Source of the DNA: a virus
Lineage: Duplodnaviria > Caudoviricetes
IMG/VR virus record: IMGVR_UViG_3300027759_000007
Coordinates: 1,145-65,144 of that record
Direction: 5' to 3' (one strand)
Length of the DNA stretch: 64,000 nucleotides
A model generated the notes under the pieces. It was given only the letters and a program-made list of their open reading frames with translations. It was not told the origin of the DNA and did not search any database. This document shows positions 55,680 to 63,655 of the stretch, one piece after another. The number at the start of each line of letters is the position of its first letter. Positions within the stretch are counted from its first letter, which is position 1. The position numbers were made by a program, and so were the translations under genes.

Positions 55680-56786
55680 TCATATCCAGTCCTCGGTCTC
55701 GGGAGGGGGTGGTGGGTTATGCTTCGGCAGCGGGGTCTTGTAGAGCTGGAGATTCCTGAGCTTGGTGGCGGGAACGATGGCCGTGCCGTTGTCTCTGTCT
55801 CTGCACAACCACATGGCGGGGGCTGTCCTATGCAGTCTGCCTGTGTAGCACAGCACCTCCCACTCGCCTCTGTGCTGCCCTGTGTAATCAATAAAGCTGG
55901 TGTAGCCCTCGACGTGCTTGGGGGCATTCGTGATGTCACCATCCATCATCTCCCTCGTCACCTTGATTGCCTCCTCCAAGGTTGGCATGGTGTTGTAGAG
56001 GTGAAACAGGAGGGACTTGGCAAGGTTGAGGTGTTCGGCGAGGATGCGAAGTCTGAGAGTTTGGCCTCGATAAGTGACCTCGGGATTATTGCCTCTGTTC
56101 TCTGCCTGCGTGAATCGGGATGCCCACCTGACATTACCTGGGCAATAACCTAAATTGTTCTCGATCCTGTCCACCGAGTAGTCTTTCGAGGGGCGGGGGC
56201 CGATGTGGTTGGCAAAAGCTAGGAAATCGTGCTTCCAAAGGGGGTCAACCGTGATGCCTCTTGCCCCGTAGCGTTGGTAGGCAGGGTGCTTCTGGTTGTA
56301 GCAGCGAGTCTTCATACTGGTCCAGATGGCGTAGAGCGGGTTCGTGGCGTCGTGGAGGAGGTGGGATTCTAAGTCGTGATACTTGGTGGCTCTGGCACCT
56401 ACCTGTTCACCCCGTAGGCACCCGCAGGACTGTGAGTAGCCCGCTACCAGTTGGCCGATTGTTACTTGCTTGATCGTGCCGCAGTCGCACTGGGCTACGG
56501 CTTTGTATTTGGGTAGGTGCGACAGTATTGTCCAGCGTCCGTGCTTCTCTCCAATGCGATTCTGCATACGAGGGTTGGTCGGGTGGGCGGGTTTACCACA
56601 CATACCACATGACGTGGACTGCCCCCGTATTAAGGCGGTGTAGAATACCTTTTGGTTCTCATTCCCGCAGGAGCAGCGACAGTGCCACCGTGAGACTTTG
56701 GAGCGGGTGGTGGGGGTTTTAGTCTGTGATAGGACTGTCCAGTTGCCGAAGACTTGTCCTGTGAGGTTGTTGAATGAGCGGGCCAT
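55680..56786 (-). CDS. HNH-type homing endonuclease with Cys-rich repeats
   Basis: RCYN..YGARGITV..W, SVDRIENNLGYCPGNVRWA; repeated G..FG.WTVL...C.C.CG units. Confidence 0.85.
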   Translation of the reverse strand: MARSFNNLTGQVFGNWTVLSQTKTPTTRSKVSRWHCRCSCGNENQKVFYTALIRGQSTSCGMCGKPAHPTNPRMQNRIGEKHGRWTILSHLPKYKAVAQCDCGTIKQVTIGQLVAGYSQSCGCLRGEQVGARATKYHDLESHLLHDATNPLYAIWTSMKTRCYNQKHPAYQRYGARGITVDPLWKHDFLAFANHIGPRPSKDYSVDRIENNLGYCPGNVRWASRFTQAENRGNNPEVTYRGQTLRLRILAEHLNLAKSLLFHLYNTMPTLEEAIKVTREMMDGDITNAPKHVEGYTSFIDYTGQHRGEWEVLCYTGRLHRTAPAMWLCRDRDNGTAIVPATKLRNLQLYKTPLPKHNPPPPPETEDWI

Positions 56787-56791
56787 TGGGT

Positions 56792-56820
56792 AGTATGGCG
56801 TCGGGAGTTATGGATGTCAA
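56792..56820 (-). promoter_or_regulatory. Sigma70 promoter, predicted leaderless transcript
   Basis: TTGACA-N17-CATACT, 5 nt before the ATG at 56786. Confidence 0.75.
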
Positions 56821-57157
56821 GTGGTCGGGGTGTCTTTTGTGCAAAATTGATATATTTGAGGTAAAATTTTTTATACCCTCCCACCGCTACCCCGTGCGTG
56901 CGCTGGGCTGGTGCCGGGTGCCGGGCGTGGTCTCCTACTGCACGCACGCACACCGCACGCCCTACACACCGCACCGCCTGCGCCCTCGCTGCCTGCGCTC
57001 GACTGTCTGCGCCCCGGTGTTAGTGCGTCAGAGTCTCCGCGCTATATATTGCAGGTACGCATTAGTACGGTAGTCTGTAGTTTATGCAGTCAGTAGATGA
57101 AGTGACAAGCTGTAATGCGTTTAGTTCCAACAGTTTACAGCGTCAACGGGTAACAAT

Positions 57158-57189
57158 GAAAAAAGGCTACCTGTCACCGAGTAGCCCTA
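57158..57189 (-). terminator. Rho-independent terminator
   Basis: AGGGCTAC-N10-GTAGCCTT-TTTT downstream of 57219-57800. Confidence 0.6.
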
Positions 57190-57218
57190 AATCCTGCCAT
57201 TATTGAGACTGGAACGCC

Positions 57219-57800
57219 TCAAATCCAGTCATCTTGTGCCTCTTGCGACACGATCTCAGCCTCGACAGTGACACTGGGAGCCGGGGAAGCTCCGCCACCT
57301 GCCCAGAGATTGACCTGGACGACGTTTGTTTTGTCATCCTGTCCTGTTGATTTTCTCATCATTTCCATTGCCGTTTTTGCCTCGCTCCATGATGTCGGAA
57401 TAGGGATCATCCCTTGATCAATAGCGACTTTTAACGCGTTGTACGTAAAATTGGCTAGCAACTCTGGGTTGAGGTTTGCGATCTCTGCGAGGGAAAGAGG
57501 GGCTGTTTTGCTCTCCTGAAAGGTTATTTTGGCCCCTGCTAGTGGCAAATCTTTGACTCTATCATGCGCCACTCTCCAGGCTGGGTCATTGTGGCGGCGC
57601 TGTCGTATAGTAGAGGTAGGAACACCATATTTATCTCCCAGGTCTTTATCAGTCGCACCCTTCAAGCTCTCAGCCATGAGTCGCGCCCACTCAGTATTTG
57701 AAAGAGATTTATATATTAAACTATCACCCTCCTCTCTGGGTTTCCGCTTTGTGTCGCTCTCAGCTTCCATAATCTCAAATCTCCTCCTTATTCGCTCCAT
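57219..57800 (-). CDS. terS: Putative terminase small subunit (N-terminal HTH)
   Basis: GATDKDLGDKYGVPTSTIRQRR HTH, helical middle, NVVQVNL strand and VEAEIV tail typical of TerS. Confidence 0.55.
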   Translation of the reverse strand: MERIRRRFEIMEAESDTKRKPREEGDSLIYKSLSNTEWARLMAESLKGATDKDLGDKYGVPTSTIRQRRHNDPAWRVAHDRVKDLPLAGAKITFQESKTAPLSLAEIANLNPELLANFTYNALKVAIDQGMIPIPTSWSEAKTAMEMMRKSTGQDDKTNVVQVNLWAGGGASPAPSVTVEAEIVSQEAQDDWI

Positions 57801-58317
57801 TGTCTATCGGAAAACTCGACAATTCAGCCTCTAACACCCTTTGAGCCTCCACAAGATCAGCCTCCACCTCAGGCAGTAAGCGCACACTAGCCGCTAGCTG
57901 TGCGGCACCTTGCAGGCTCTCAGGCTCTCTCTCTAGCGTTTCCCGCGCTCCCTCGATACGGTCTTTATGCATTGCAACTTTAGCCCGCAACCGCTCCACC
58001 ATCAGCGCGGCCGCGCTTTTAATCATTGGCGCGGCAGCAGGCAACCCGGCAGCAGGCAACCCGGCAGCAGGCAACCCGGCAGCAGGCACCTCTACCACAG
58101 GCAGCACGCTAGCAGGCACCTCTACCACAGGCAGCACGCTAGCAGGCAGCAAAGGCGCAATCTCTCCATGCTCTGTCTCGTACCATGTGATGAAAAGCTC
58201 CACGCCTTTTGAGAGCATCCACCGCCAAGGGCGTTGCTCCCTCACTTTGATCATGTGCAGCTTAGCCCACAGGGTAGAATCTAAATCCCAGGGAGGCATT
58301 CTCGTATTCGTTTTCAT
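57775..58317 (-). CDS. Hypothetical protein with repeat linker (possible ribbon-helix-helix N-terminus)
   Basis: ATG at 58317; linker (PASVLPVVEV)x2 (PAAGL)x3; coiled-coil C-terminus. Confidence 0.6.
   Translation of the reverse strand: MKTNTRMPPWDLDSTLWAKLHMIKVREQRPWRWMLSKGVELFITWYETEHGEIAPLLPASVLPVVEVPASVLPVVEVPAAGLPAAGLPAAGLPAAAPMIKSAAALMVERLRAKVAMHKDRIEGARETLEREPESLQGAAQLAASVRLLPEVEADLVEAQRVLEAELSSFPIDNGANKEEI
58033..58150. repeat. Tandem repeats, 15 bp x3 and 30 bp x2
   Basis: GGCAGCAGGCAACCC x3; AGCAGGCACCTCTACCACAGGCAGCACGCT x2. Confidence 0.9.
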
Positions 58318-58423
58318 AGAGTGATATTTTATATCTAAATATATACCCCGTAAACGTAAAAAGAGACAGCGACACAAACGACAAAAAGACAGCCGCTCTC
58401 CGGTCTCAAAGCAAAACAAAAAC

Positions 58424-58489
58424 GAAATCTATATTCTAGGACAATCTATATATAAAGTCATAGATTGGCTATCCTAGAATATAGATTTC
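58424..58489. repeat. AT-rich inverted repeat (18-bp perfect arms + 8-bp inner arms)
   Basis: GAAATCTATATTCTAGGA / TCCTAGAATATAGATTTC; CAATCTAT / ATAGATTG. Confidence 0.9.
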
Positions 58490-58736
58490 AAAGATTTCGG
58501 GTCAACGAGATGCACACTCAAGGTATTTTGTCGGAGGAATAAAACCCCTTTTAAGGGTTAAAATAGTTCACTTGAACACTAAAACGACACCAAATGGTAG
58601 GACTTTCGCAAATATGAGAAAATAAAATTGGTAGAAGTGGAAATATATACATATATCTATTGCCAAAGGTAAAAAAGAACCGAGAGTAGTGGTCCCAAGT
58701 GGGGACTTCGGAAAAAATCAAAAACAAAATCAGACT

Positions 58737-59201
58737 ATGAAAACACGCTACCAAATCACACAAGCCTTTAACTCTATCTCTGGACTGCTTCAACCGCTTT
58801 GCACTGCGCTGGAAGTAGCGAACCGCTCGGACAGTGAAGAAAAGCAAATCTCCCACGGTGAAAATGGAAACCTCCCAGAGTGGGCAGGTACCGTTTTTAA
58901 TCCACTTATAGTCATCATTGACCAACTGATCCGGGACAAGTTCGGCATCTCGGTACGCGATGGTATTAATTGGGGCGGTAGCGGTTCTTTTTATCAAGAC
59001 ATTCAGGAAGCAGTGATTTCGGCACTTGTGCCAACTCTGAACAATGACGCCGAAGACATCAGGCACACACCAACGGGTAAAATCGCCAAGTTAAAAGGTG
59101 TCTGGCACTCTGTAAACGCCGACTCAAACAATGGAGAGTACGAAGTGCGGTACGCCTTGCCCGCTTCAGAACTCAAAGCTGCAAACGTAGAAAACGACTA
59201 A
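58737..59201 (+). CDS. Hypothetical early protein
   Basis: ATG at 58737 in aaaatcagactATGaaaaca, a context repeated at 59722. Confidence 0.7.
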   Translation: MKTRYQITQAFNSISGLLQPLCTALEVANRSDSEEKQISHGENGNLPEWAGTVFNPLIVIIDQLIRDKFGISVRDGINWGGSGSFYQDIQEAVISALVPTLNNDAEDIRHTPTGKIAKLKGVWHSVNADSNNGEYEVRYALPASELKAANVEND

Positions 59202-59239
59202 ACAACCCTGCCAACAATAACCCGCCACCGAATAAAAAT

Positions 59240-59494
59240 ATGATCAAAGTACACACCTCCCCGCAACCGTTCACCGTTCGCAAGATGACCACTGGAGAGC
59301 GCGTCATCGTTTTAGACTCTGGTTCAACCATCCCCGCTGACATCGCTGGCCTCTGCACGGGTCGGGATTTGTGGCTGTCACAGATCGAGTGCAAATGTCG
59401 TGACTGTGGTGAAAAGTTCCCCCTTTCCCGCCTAAATGGTGGCGGGCAATGGTGCGACGAGTGCCAGACAAAAGGCATCGAATCTGAAGAATAA
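59240..59494 (+). CDS. Small Zn-finger protein
   Basis: CRDC...CDEC. Confidence 0.65.
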   Translation: MIKVHTSPQPFTVRKMTTGERVIVLDSGSTIPADIAGLCTGRDLWLSQIECKCRDCGEKFPLSRLNGGGQWCDECQTKGIESEE

Positions 59495-59569
59495 TTTTTC
59501 CAAGTCCCTCAGTTTCAACTTTCCATATTAAATTAGTAGATAAACCAGGTACACAACTCACCACACAAT

Positions 59570-59695
59570 ATGAAAAATACGTTATCAGACATTCTCGAAA
59601 TCTTCGACCTTGTTTTCTTCCTTCTCGTGGCCGCGCTCCCTGTAGCACTGGCCGCGCTGATTCTGTATGCCATGTACCAACAGCCCACACTGTAA
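59570..59695 (+). CDS. Small membrane protein (41 aa)
   Basis: Hand translation MKNTLSDILEIFDLVFFLLVAALPVALAALILYAMYQQPTL*. Confidence 0.5.
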   Translation: MKNTLSDILEIFDLVFFLLVAALPVALAALILYAMYQQPTL

Positions 59696-59721
59696 ACCCA
59701 AACCCCCCAGAAAATCAGACT

Positions 59722-60285
59722 ATGAAAACAAAGCTCACACTCCCCGAAGCAGTCGACGCGCTAGCTATCACTGCCACATTCTCAGAACCTCGCGGAGATA
59801 TCCGAAAAGAAGATGGAAAAGACGGCTGGCAATGTATCACCTATGGAGTCACACTCTCGAAGAATGAAAAACCTTTCTGGAGTGGTCCGTACTCTATTGG
59901 AACAGGACACATCAAGCCAGGCATGGTGAGAAAAGCACCTCACCTAGCCACAAGCACAGAGTGCCATCTTTTTGATGCTTGGCAGAAAAAGCCAAACGCT
60001 AACTACACCGAGAAAGAGGCTTTTGTTTCTATGCTTGGGCAGGTAGCCAAAGCGATAAACCACAAGCCACAAATTGCAGACGTGACGCATTCACTTTTGA
60101 TGGATGGAAGCCCGTACTTCGATTCAGAAAGCTTTGAAGAATGGGCTTCCAATTTTGGCTATGATACAGATTCGCGCAAAGCGGAAAAGATGTATCAGGA
60201 ATGCATGGAGACAGGGCGCAAACTCAACCGAGCTTTCACAGCTAAAGAACTCGAAACACTGCGCGAAGCTGCCCAGGACTACTAA
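59722..60285 (+). CDS. Conserved hypothetical early protein
   Basis: SFEEWASNFGYDTDSRKAEKMYQEC motif, recalled from phage early genes. Confidence 0.75.
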   Translation: MKTKLTLPEAVDALAITATFSEPRGDIRKEDGKDGWQCITYGVTLSKNEKPFWSGPYSIGTGHIKPGMVRKAPHLATSTECHLFDAWQKKPNANYTEKEAFVSMLGQVAKAINHKPQIADVTHSLLMDGSPYFDSESFEEWASNFGYDTDSRKAEKMYQECMETGRKLNRAFTAKELETLREAAQDY

Positions 60286-60327
60286 ATCACCCCGACAACC
60301 AAACACCACAAAAGAACACACCAGATT

Positions 60328-60816
60328 ATGAGCAAAAAATACTTAGACACACGCGACCTTTACAAACGCAAATGCGAACTGGAAGACTTGAAAAACAATA
60401 TCGAGTCATGCGAGGAGTATCTAAAGGAAGCAGAAGGCGTAGCGGCAGCACTGGAAGAAACGCCAGACGATGAAGCAACCGAAACGAGTAGAGAGCTAGC
60501 GGCTGAAGCTGTGGAAGATGCCCAGAGCGCTTTAGATTCAGCATTGGAAGATTTCGGCGATGACGAGAAAAGCGAACTCGCTGAGCTTGAGGAACTGGAA
60601 AGCGAAATCTCAGAGTTTCGGCACGGCGAAACGATGGTGCCAGAGTCGGAGTTTGAAGACTACGCTTGTGAGCTTGCCTATGATCTGGGGGTAATGCCAA
60701 AAGACCGCCCTTGGCCTCTTAACTGTATCGACTGGAAAGAAGCGTCGGACGAACTGAAAAGCGACTATTCAGAACTGACGTACCAAGGGGAAATGTACCT
60801 CGTTCGCTCCTGCTAA
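60328..60816 (+). CDS. Acidic ArdA-like antirestriction / DNA-mimic candidate
   Basis: Very Asp/Glu-rich; EDYACEL...CIDWKEASDEL..DY resembles the ArdA C-terminal domain. Confidence 0.55.
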   Translation: MSKKYLDTRDLYKRKCELEDLKNNIESCEEYLKEAEGVAAALEETPDDEATETSRELAAEAVEDAQSALDSALEDFGDDEKSELAELEELESEISEFRHGETMVPESEFEDYACELAYDLGVMPKDRPWPLNCIDWKEASDELKSDYSELTYQGEMYLVRSC

Positions 60817-60818
60817 TC

Positions 60819-60870
60819 GCTTCCCGTTCTACCCTTTCCAGCGTGTGCCTGGAGAGGGTAGCGGGGAGGC
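60819..60870 (+). other. Long intergenic hairpin (processing or stability element)
   Basis: CTACCCTTTCCAG-N7-CTGGAGAGGGTAG core with extended outer pairing; no U-tract. Confidence 0.65.
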
Positions 60871-60918
60871 GAACACGCCACCGAGAAACAAAAACACCTA
60901 GCTATAGAACCCAAGACC

Positions 60919-61410
60919 ATGAAAAACACTATTCAAAATATCCCGACAGAATTCGCGCAACGCCTTTCAAGCCTGAAAGTTAAAACCGCCTTGTTCACAT
61001 CATCCGAAGGAAGGCAGTACTTGTACCTGTCTGGCGAATGGAGCAAACACCAGGAGAAACGAGACCAATACCCGAACGCTAAAATTCTGTCTGGCTTGCT
61101 TGGTTCAAGTGGATCAAGCTGGAGCGAAAAAGCGTACGCATTCTGTGTGGCGGACTGCTTTGACCCATGCATGTACATCCAGTTCGGTTCAAGCTGGGAA
61201 GATGCGTACGAGAGCTACTGCGACAATGACGAGCAACTGATAATCCCGGAGTCTGACTATGCAGATTATGGCATCACTAAAGATGCAGATGGTAACTGGA
61301 ACAGCTACGAGTACACAGGCTCGTACACTTCAGACGGTGCGTTGATTGACACAGACAATGTACAAGCGGTCAGTTCACAAAGTTTAAAACTTGTCGAAAT
61401 CACTTTCTAA
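60919..61410 (+). CDS. Hypothetical early protein, acidic C-terminal half
   Basis: 163-aa ORF preceded by the leader repeat. Confidence 0.7.
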   Translation: MKNTIQNIPTEFAQRLSSLKVKTALFTSSEGRQYLYLSGEWSKHQEKRDQYPNAKILSGLLGSSGSSWSEKAYAFCVADCFDPCMYIQFGSSWEDAYESYCDNDEQLIIPESDYADYGITKDADGNWNSYEYTGSYTSDGALIDTDNVQAVSSQSLKLVEITF

Positions 61411-61431
61411 ACTCAAAACAGAAAAAAAGCT

Positions 61432-61875
61432 ATGAAATCAAAACACCCTCAAACCGAACTACAAGCCAAACTTGCAACCGTCGCACCGTTTATCAGAATC
61501 AGGACAATATGGAGCCGAGACCCCGACTGTTCGAGAGACTGGCGTGAACTGTCTCAGCCAGGAAACTGCTTCGATGGCGAAAAGCGTGCAGACTGGACCC
61601 CTTGGCAGTCGGAAGTTGAAGCGCTGGTAATCGTGGATTTTGAGCAGGTAAAAGGGAGCGCCTACTTGGGTGCAACGTGGGAGCGCAAAGGCGACAAGCC
61701 GCACGTTTCAAACCCTGAAATTGGCGGATATGAGAATCAAATGACGGTCGAAGCATTGGAAGAACTGATGCGCGCAGTAAGTCCAGAGCTAGTCACTAGC
61801 CTCAATATTCGCGAAGCTATCGCCGAGTGCGAAAGGCTAGCGACTGAAAGCTACGCCTTAGATATTGGCGCATAA
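61432..61875 (+). CDS. Hypothetical early protein
   Basis: 147-aa ORF, GSAYLG motif. Confidence 0.7.
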   Translation: MKSKHPQTELQAKLATVAPFIRIRTIWSRDPDCSRDWRELSQPGNCFDGEKRADWTPWQSEVEALVIVDFEQVKGSAYLGATWERKGDKPHVSNPEIGGYENQMTVEALEELMRAVSPELVTSLNIREAIAECERLATESYALDIGA

Positions 61876-61908
61876 CCAAGCACAGAAAACCCCTAGCTAT
61901 AAACGACC

Positions 61909-62109
61909 ATGACAATTCTACACACCATTACTTGTACCAAGTTCCTGCCAGCATTTAACGCCTGCGAAACATTCACGCGCTATCTAACACGCAACCGCAT
62001 TCTCACGGAAAAAGGCATTGAGCGTCTATTTTCCAAAGGATGCCCCGAATACGAGGCAAGCAAAGGAGTGTGCGTAACTCGCGTTGAAACGGCTATCTAC
62101 ATCCGCTAA
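61909..62109 (+). CDS. Hypothetical early protein
   Basis: ATG ends the 31-bp repeat. Confidence 0.7.
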   Translation: MTILHTITCTKFLPAFNACETFTRYLTRNRILTEKGIERLFSKGCPEYEASKGVCVTRVETAIYIR

Positions 62110-62142
62110 TCCATCACAGAAAACCCCTAGCTATAAACGACC

Positions 62143-62493
62143 ATGTACCAGAAAAACTTTATCGCTCAAATGAGCAAATGCCTCAAACTGCATTCAATCC
62201 CTGTAACCTTGAAACGCACTCGCGGTGGGTACAAAGCTCTGATGCCTTCAAAGATCACACGAGATGGGGGCGCTGAAACCTTGTCTAGCATCAATATCGC
62301 CCCCGGTTCCTTCCGAACAAAGATCGACCTCAAGATTGCACTTTGCCAGCGTTTTGAAGCGGAAGTCTTCAACCACTGCGACACAGTGTACATTCGTCCG
62401 CGTCTCGCCATGAAGTCGCCACGATGGGCGGGCAATCGGTATGCCGCACTTCCTGAATTGGCCCGCTATGCAAAGCAAGCTGGCCTCATCTAA
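62143..62493 (+). CDS. Hypothetical early protein, basic
   Basis: ATG ends the 31-bp repeat. Confidence 0.7.
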   Translation: MYQKNFIAQMSKCLKLHSIPVTLKRTRGGYKALMPSKITRDGGAETLSSINIAPGSFRTKIDLKIALCQRFEAEVFNHCDTVYIRPRLAMKSPRWAGNRYAALPELARYAKQAGLI

Positions 62494-62534
62494 AACCATC
62501 ACCCCGAACACAAAACCCCTAGCTATAAACGACC

Positions 62535-62768
62535 ATGAAACCCGACACACGAAAAATATACATCACAACCGCATTCACACCTATGGACAGAGTAACAGAC
62601 AGACGCGCAGAGTATCACCTCCGCCACTTTCAAGCCTTGACGCAGGAGCAGACTGAAGAGAAGGCTTATTACCCAGGTTCACTCCTGCCCTTGGCGCTCT
62701 CCGCGCTCCTAATATGGGGAGCCATTGCCGCTGCCGTTTGGTTCCTTGTCCACACTTGGAGCGCGTAA
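62535..62768 (+). CDS. Small protein with C-terminal TM helix
   Basis: LLPLALSALLIWGAIAAAVWFLV; ATG ends the repeat. Confidence 0.7.
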   Translation: MKPDTRKIYITTAFTPMDRVTDRRAEYHLRHFQALTQEQTEEKAYYPGSLLPLALSALLIWGAIAAAVWFLVHTWSA

Positions 62769-62823
62769 CCGACTCAACCAAGAACCTATTCAAACGAACA
62801 GTTAGCAACGTAAACGCCTAGCT

Positions 62824-62997
62824 ATGAGCGACTCAAGCGCAACCATTGCGCCCATTGACCAAGCACTCGACCGCCTCTTCACCACAATGGAGAGACGGAA
62901 ACAGGAACAGCGAGAAGAACGACGCAAGGCGGAAGATGCCAAGCTAGCCAGACTCACCCGACGCAAGCCGCTATGGTGGCAGGACAAAGAAGAATGA
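62824..62997 (+). CDS. Small charged protein (57 aa)
   Basis: Hand translation MSDSSATIAPIDQALDRLF...PLWWQDKEE*; ATG lies within CCTAGCTATG. Confidence 0.6.
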   Translation: MSDSSATIAPIDQALDRLFTTMERRKQEQREERRKAEDAKLARLTRRKPLWWQDKEE

Positions 62998-63194
62998 ACC
63001 GCAACCTTCTCTTACTGGATGATCTACCCGATACGATGTGGCGGGAGTGCTCAAACATACAGATAGCCGAGCGCTATGACATCCCAAGGCCCGTCGTCCG
63101 ATTCTTTCGCAAAGAGGGAGCCAGACCCGCGCAACCAACACAATCGAGAACCACACCGACCGAGAACCACACCGACCCAGAACCAGCGATATAA
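62994..63194 (+). CDS. Small HTH-like protein
   Basis: SNIQIAERYDIPRPVVRFFRK. Confidence 0.55.
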   Translation: MNRNLLLLDDLPDTMWRECSNIQIAERYDIPRPVVRFFRKEGARPAQPTQSRTTPTENHTDPEPAI

Positions 63195-63219
63195 AACCCC
63201 TAGCTATAAACAAAAAAAA

Positions 63220-63435
63220 ATGCACCGTAAAATAACCCCACAACAGGCGAGACACATTAACCATCTCGTCAACGTGAAGCGATTGAAGCTCCGCGAGGTC
63301 GTCCAACAGTTCCCGCAATACGCAGTCTTGAGCCTAACGCAAATTCATCGTATCGCCACTGGCAAGAACTGGAGCCACGAAACAGGCACAGTTCACATTC
63401 AGAGCACCACATCACTTGAAAAAGTAAACCGCTAG
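63220..63435 (+). CDS. Small HTH-like protein
   Basis: KITPQQARHI...LSLTQIHRIATGKNWSH; ATG at 63220 after a repeat copy. Confidence 0.6.
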   Translation: MHRKITPQQARHINHLVNVKRLKLREVVQQFPQYAVLSLTQIHRIATGKNWSHETGTVHIQSTTSLEKVNR

Positions 63436-63446
63436 CTATAAAGCGC

Positions 63447-63475
63447 TTGATTTCTAAAAATAGAAATAGTAAAGT
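63447..63475 (+). promoter_or_regulatory. Sigma70-like promoter with operator in the spacer
   Basis: TTGATT-N17-TAAAGT with perfect TTTCT-AAAAAT-AGAAA at 63451-63466. Confidence 0.65.
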
Positions 63476-63481
63476 AACAAA

Positions 63482-63655
63482 ATGAACACTCACGAACACA
63501 CAACGGCAGATGAAAAGCTGTCACGACTCAAACGGGCACAGCAAATTATGAGTGCAGGCTACACGCAAGAGGTAGCGGAGAAAAGGACACGAACTAACAT
63601 CAGGCACCTACGCAAGTGGGCAATGGAACTCAACTTCAAACTCAAAGCAAAATGA
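63482..63655 (+). CDS. Small HTH-like protein (57 aa)
   Basis: Hand translation ...IMSAGYTQEVAEKRTRTNIRHLRKWA... Confidence 0.5.
   Translation: MNTHEHTTADEKLSRLKRAQQIMSAGYTQEVAEKRTRTNIRHLRKWAMELNFKLKAK

Larger units (their letters stand above)
60897..63442 (+). repeat. Dispersed CTAGCTAT(A) leader repeat, 7 copies
   Basis: Copies at about 60897, 61881, 62115, 62512, 62817, 63193, 63432; two are identical over 31 bp. Confidence 0.9.

Noticed and set aside
60897-63442. Early-region repeats as a CRISPR array
   Set aside because: Spacing is 230-1000 bp and irregular, each interval is an ORF, and there is no cas operon.
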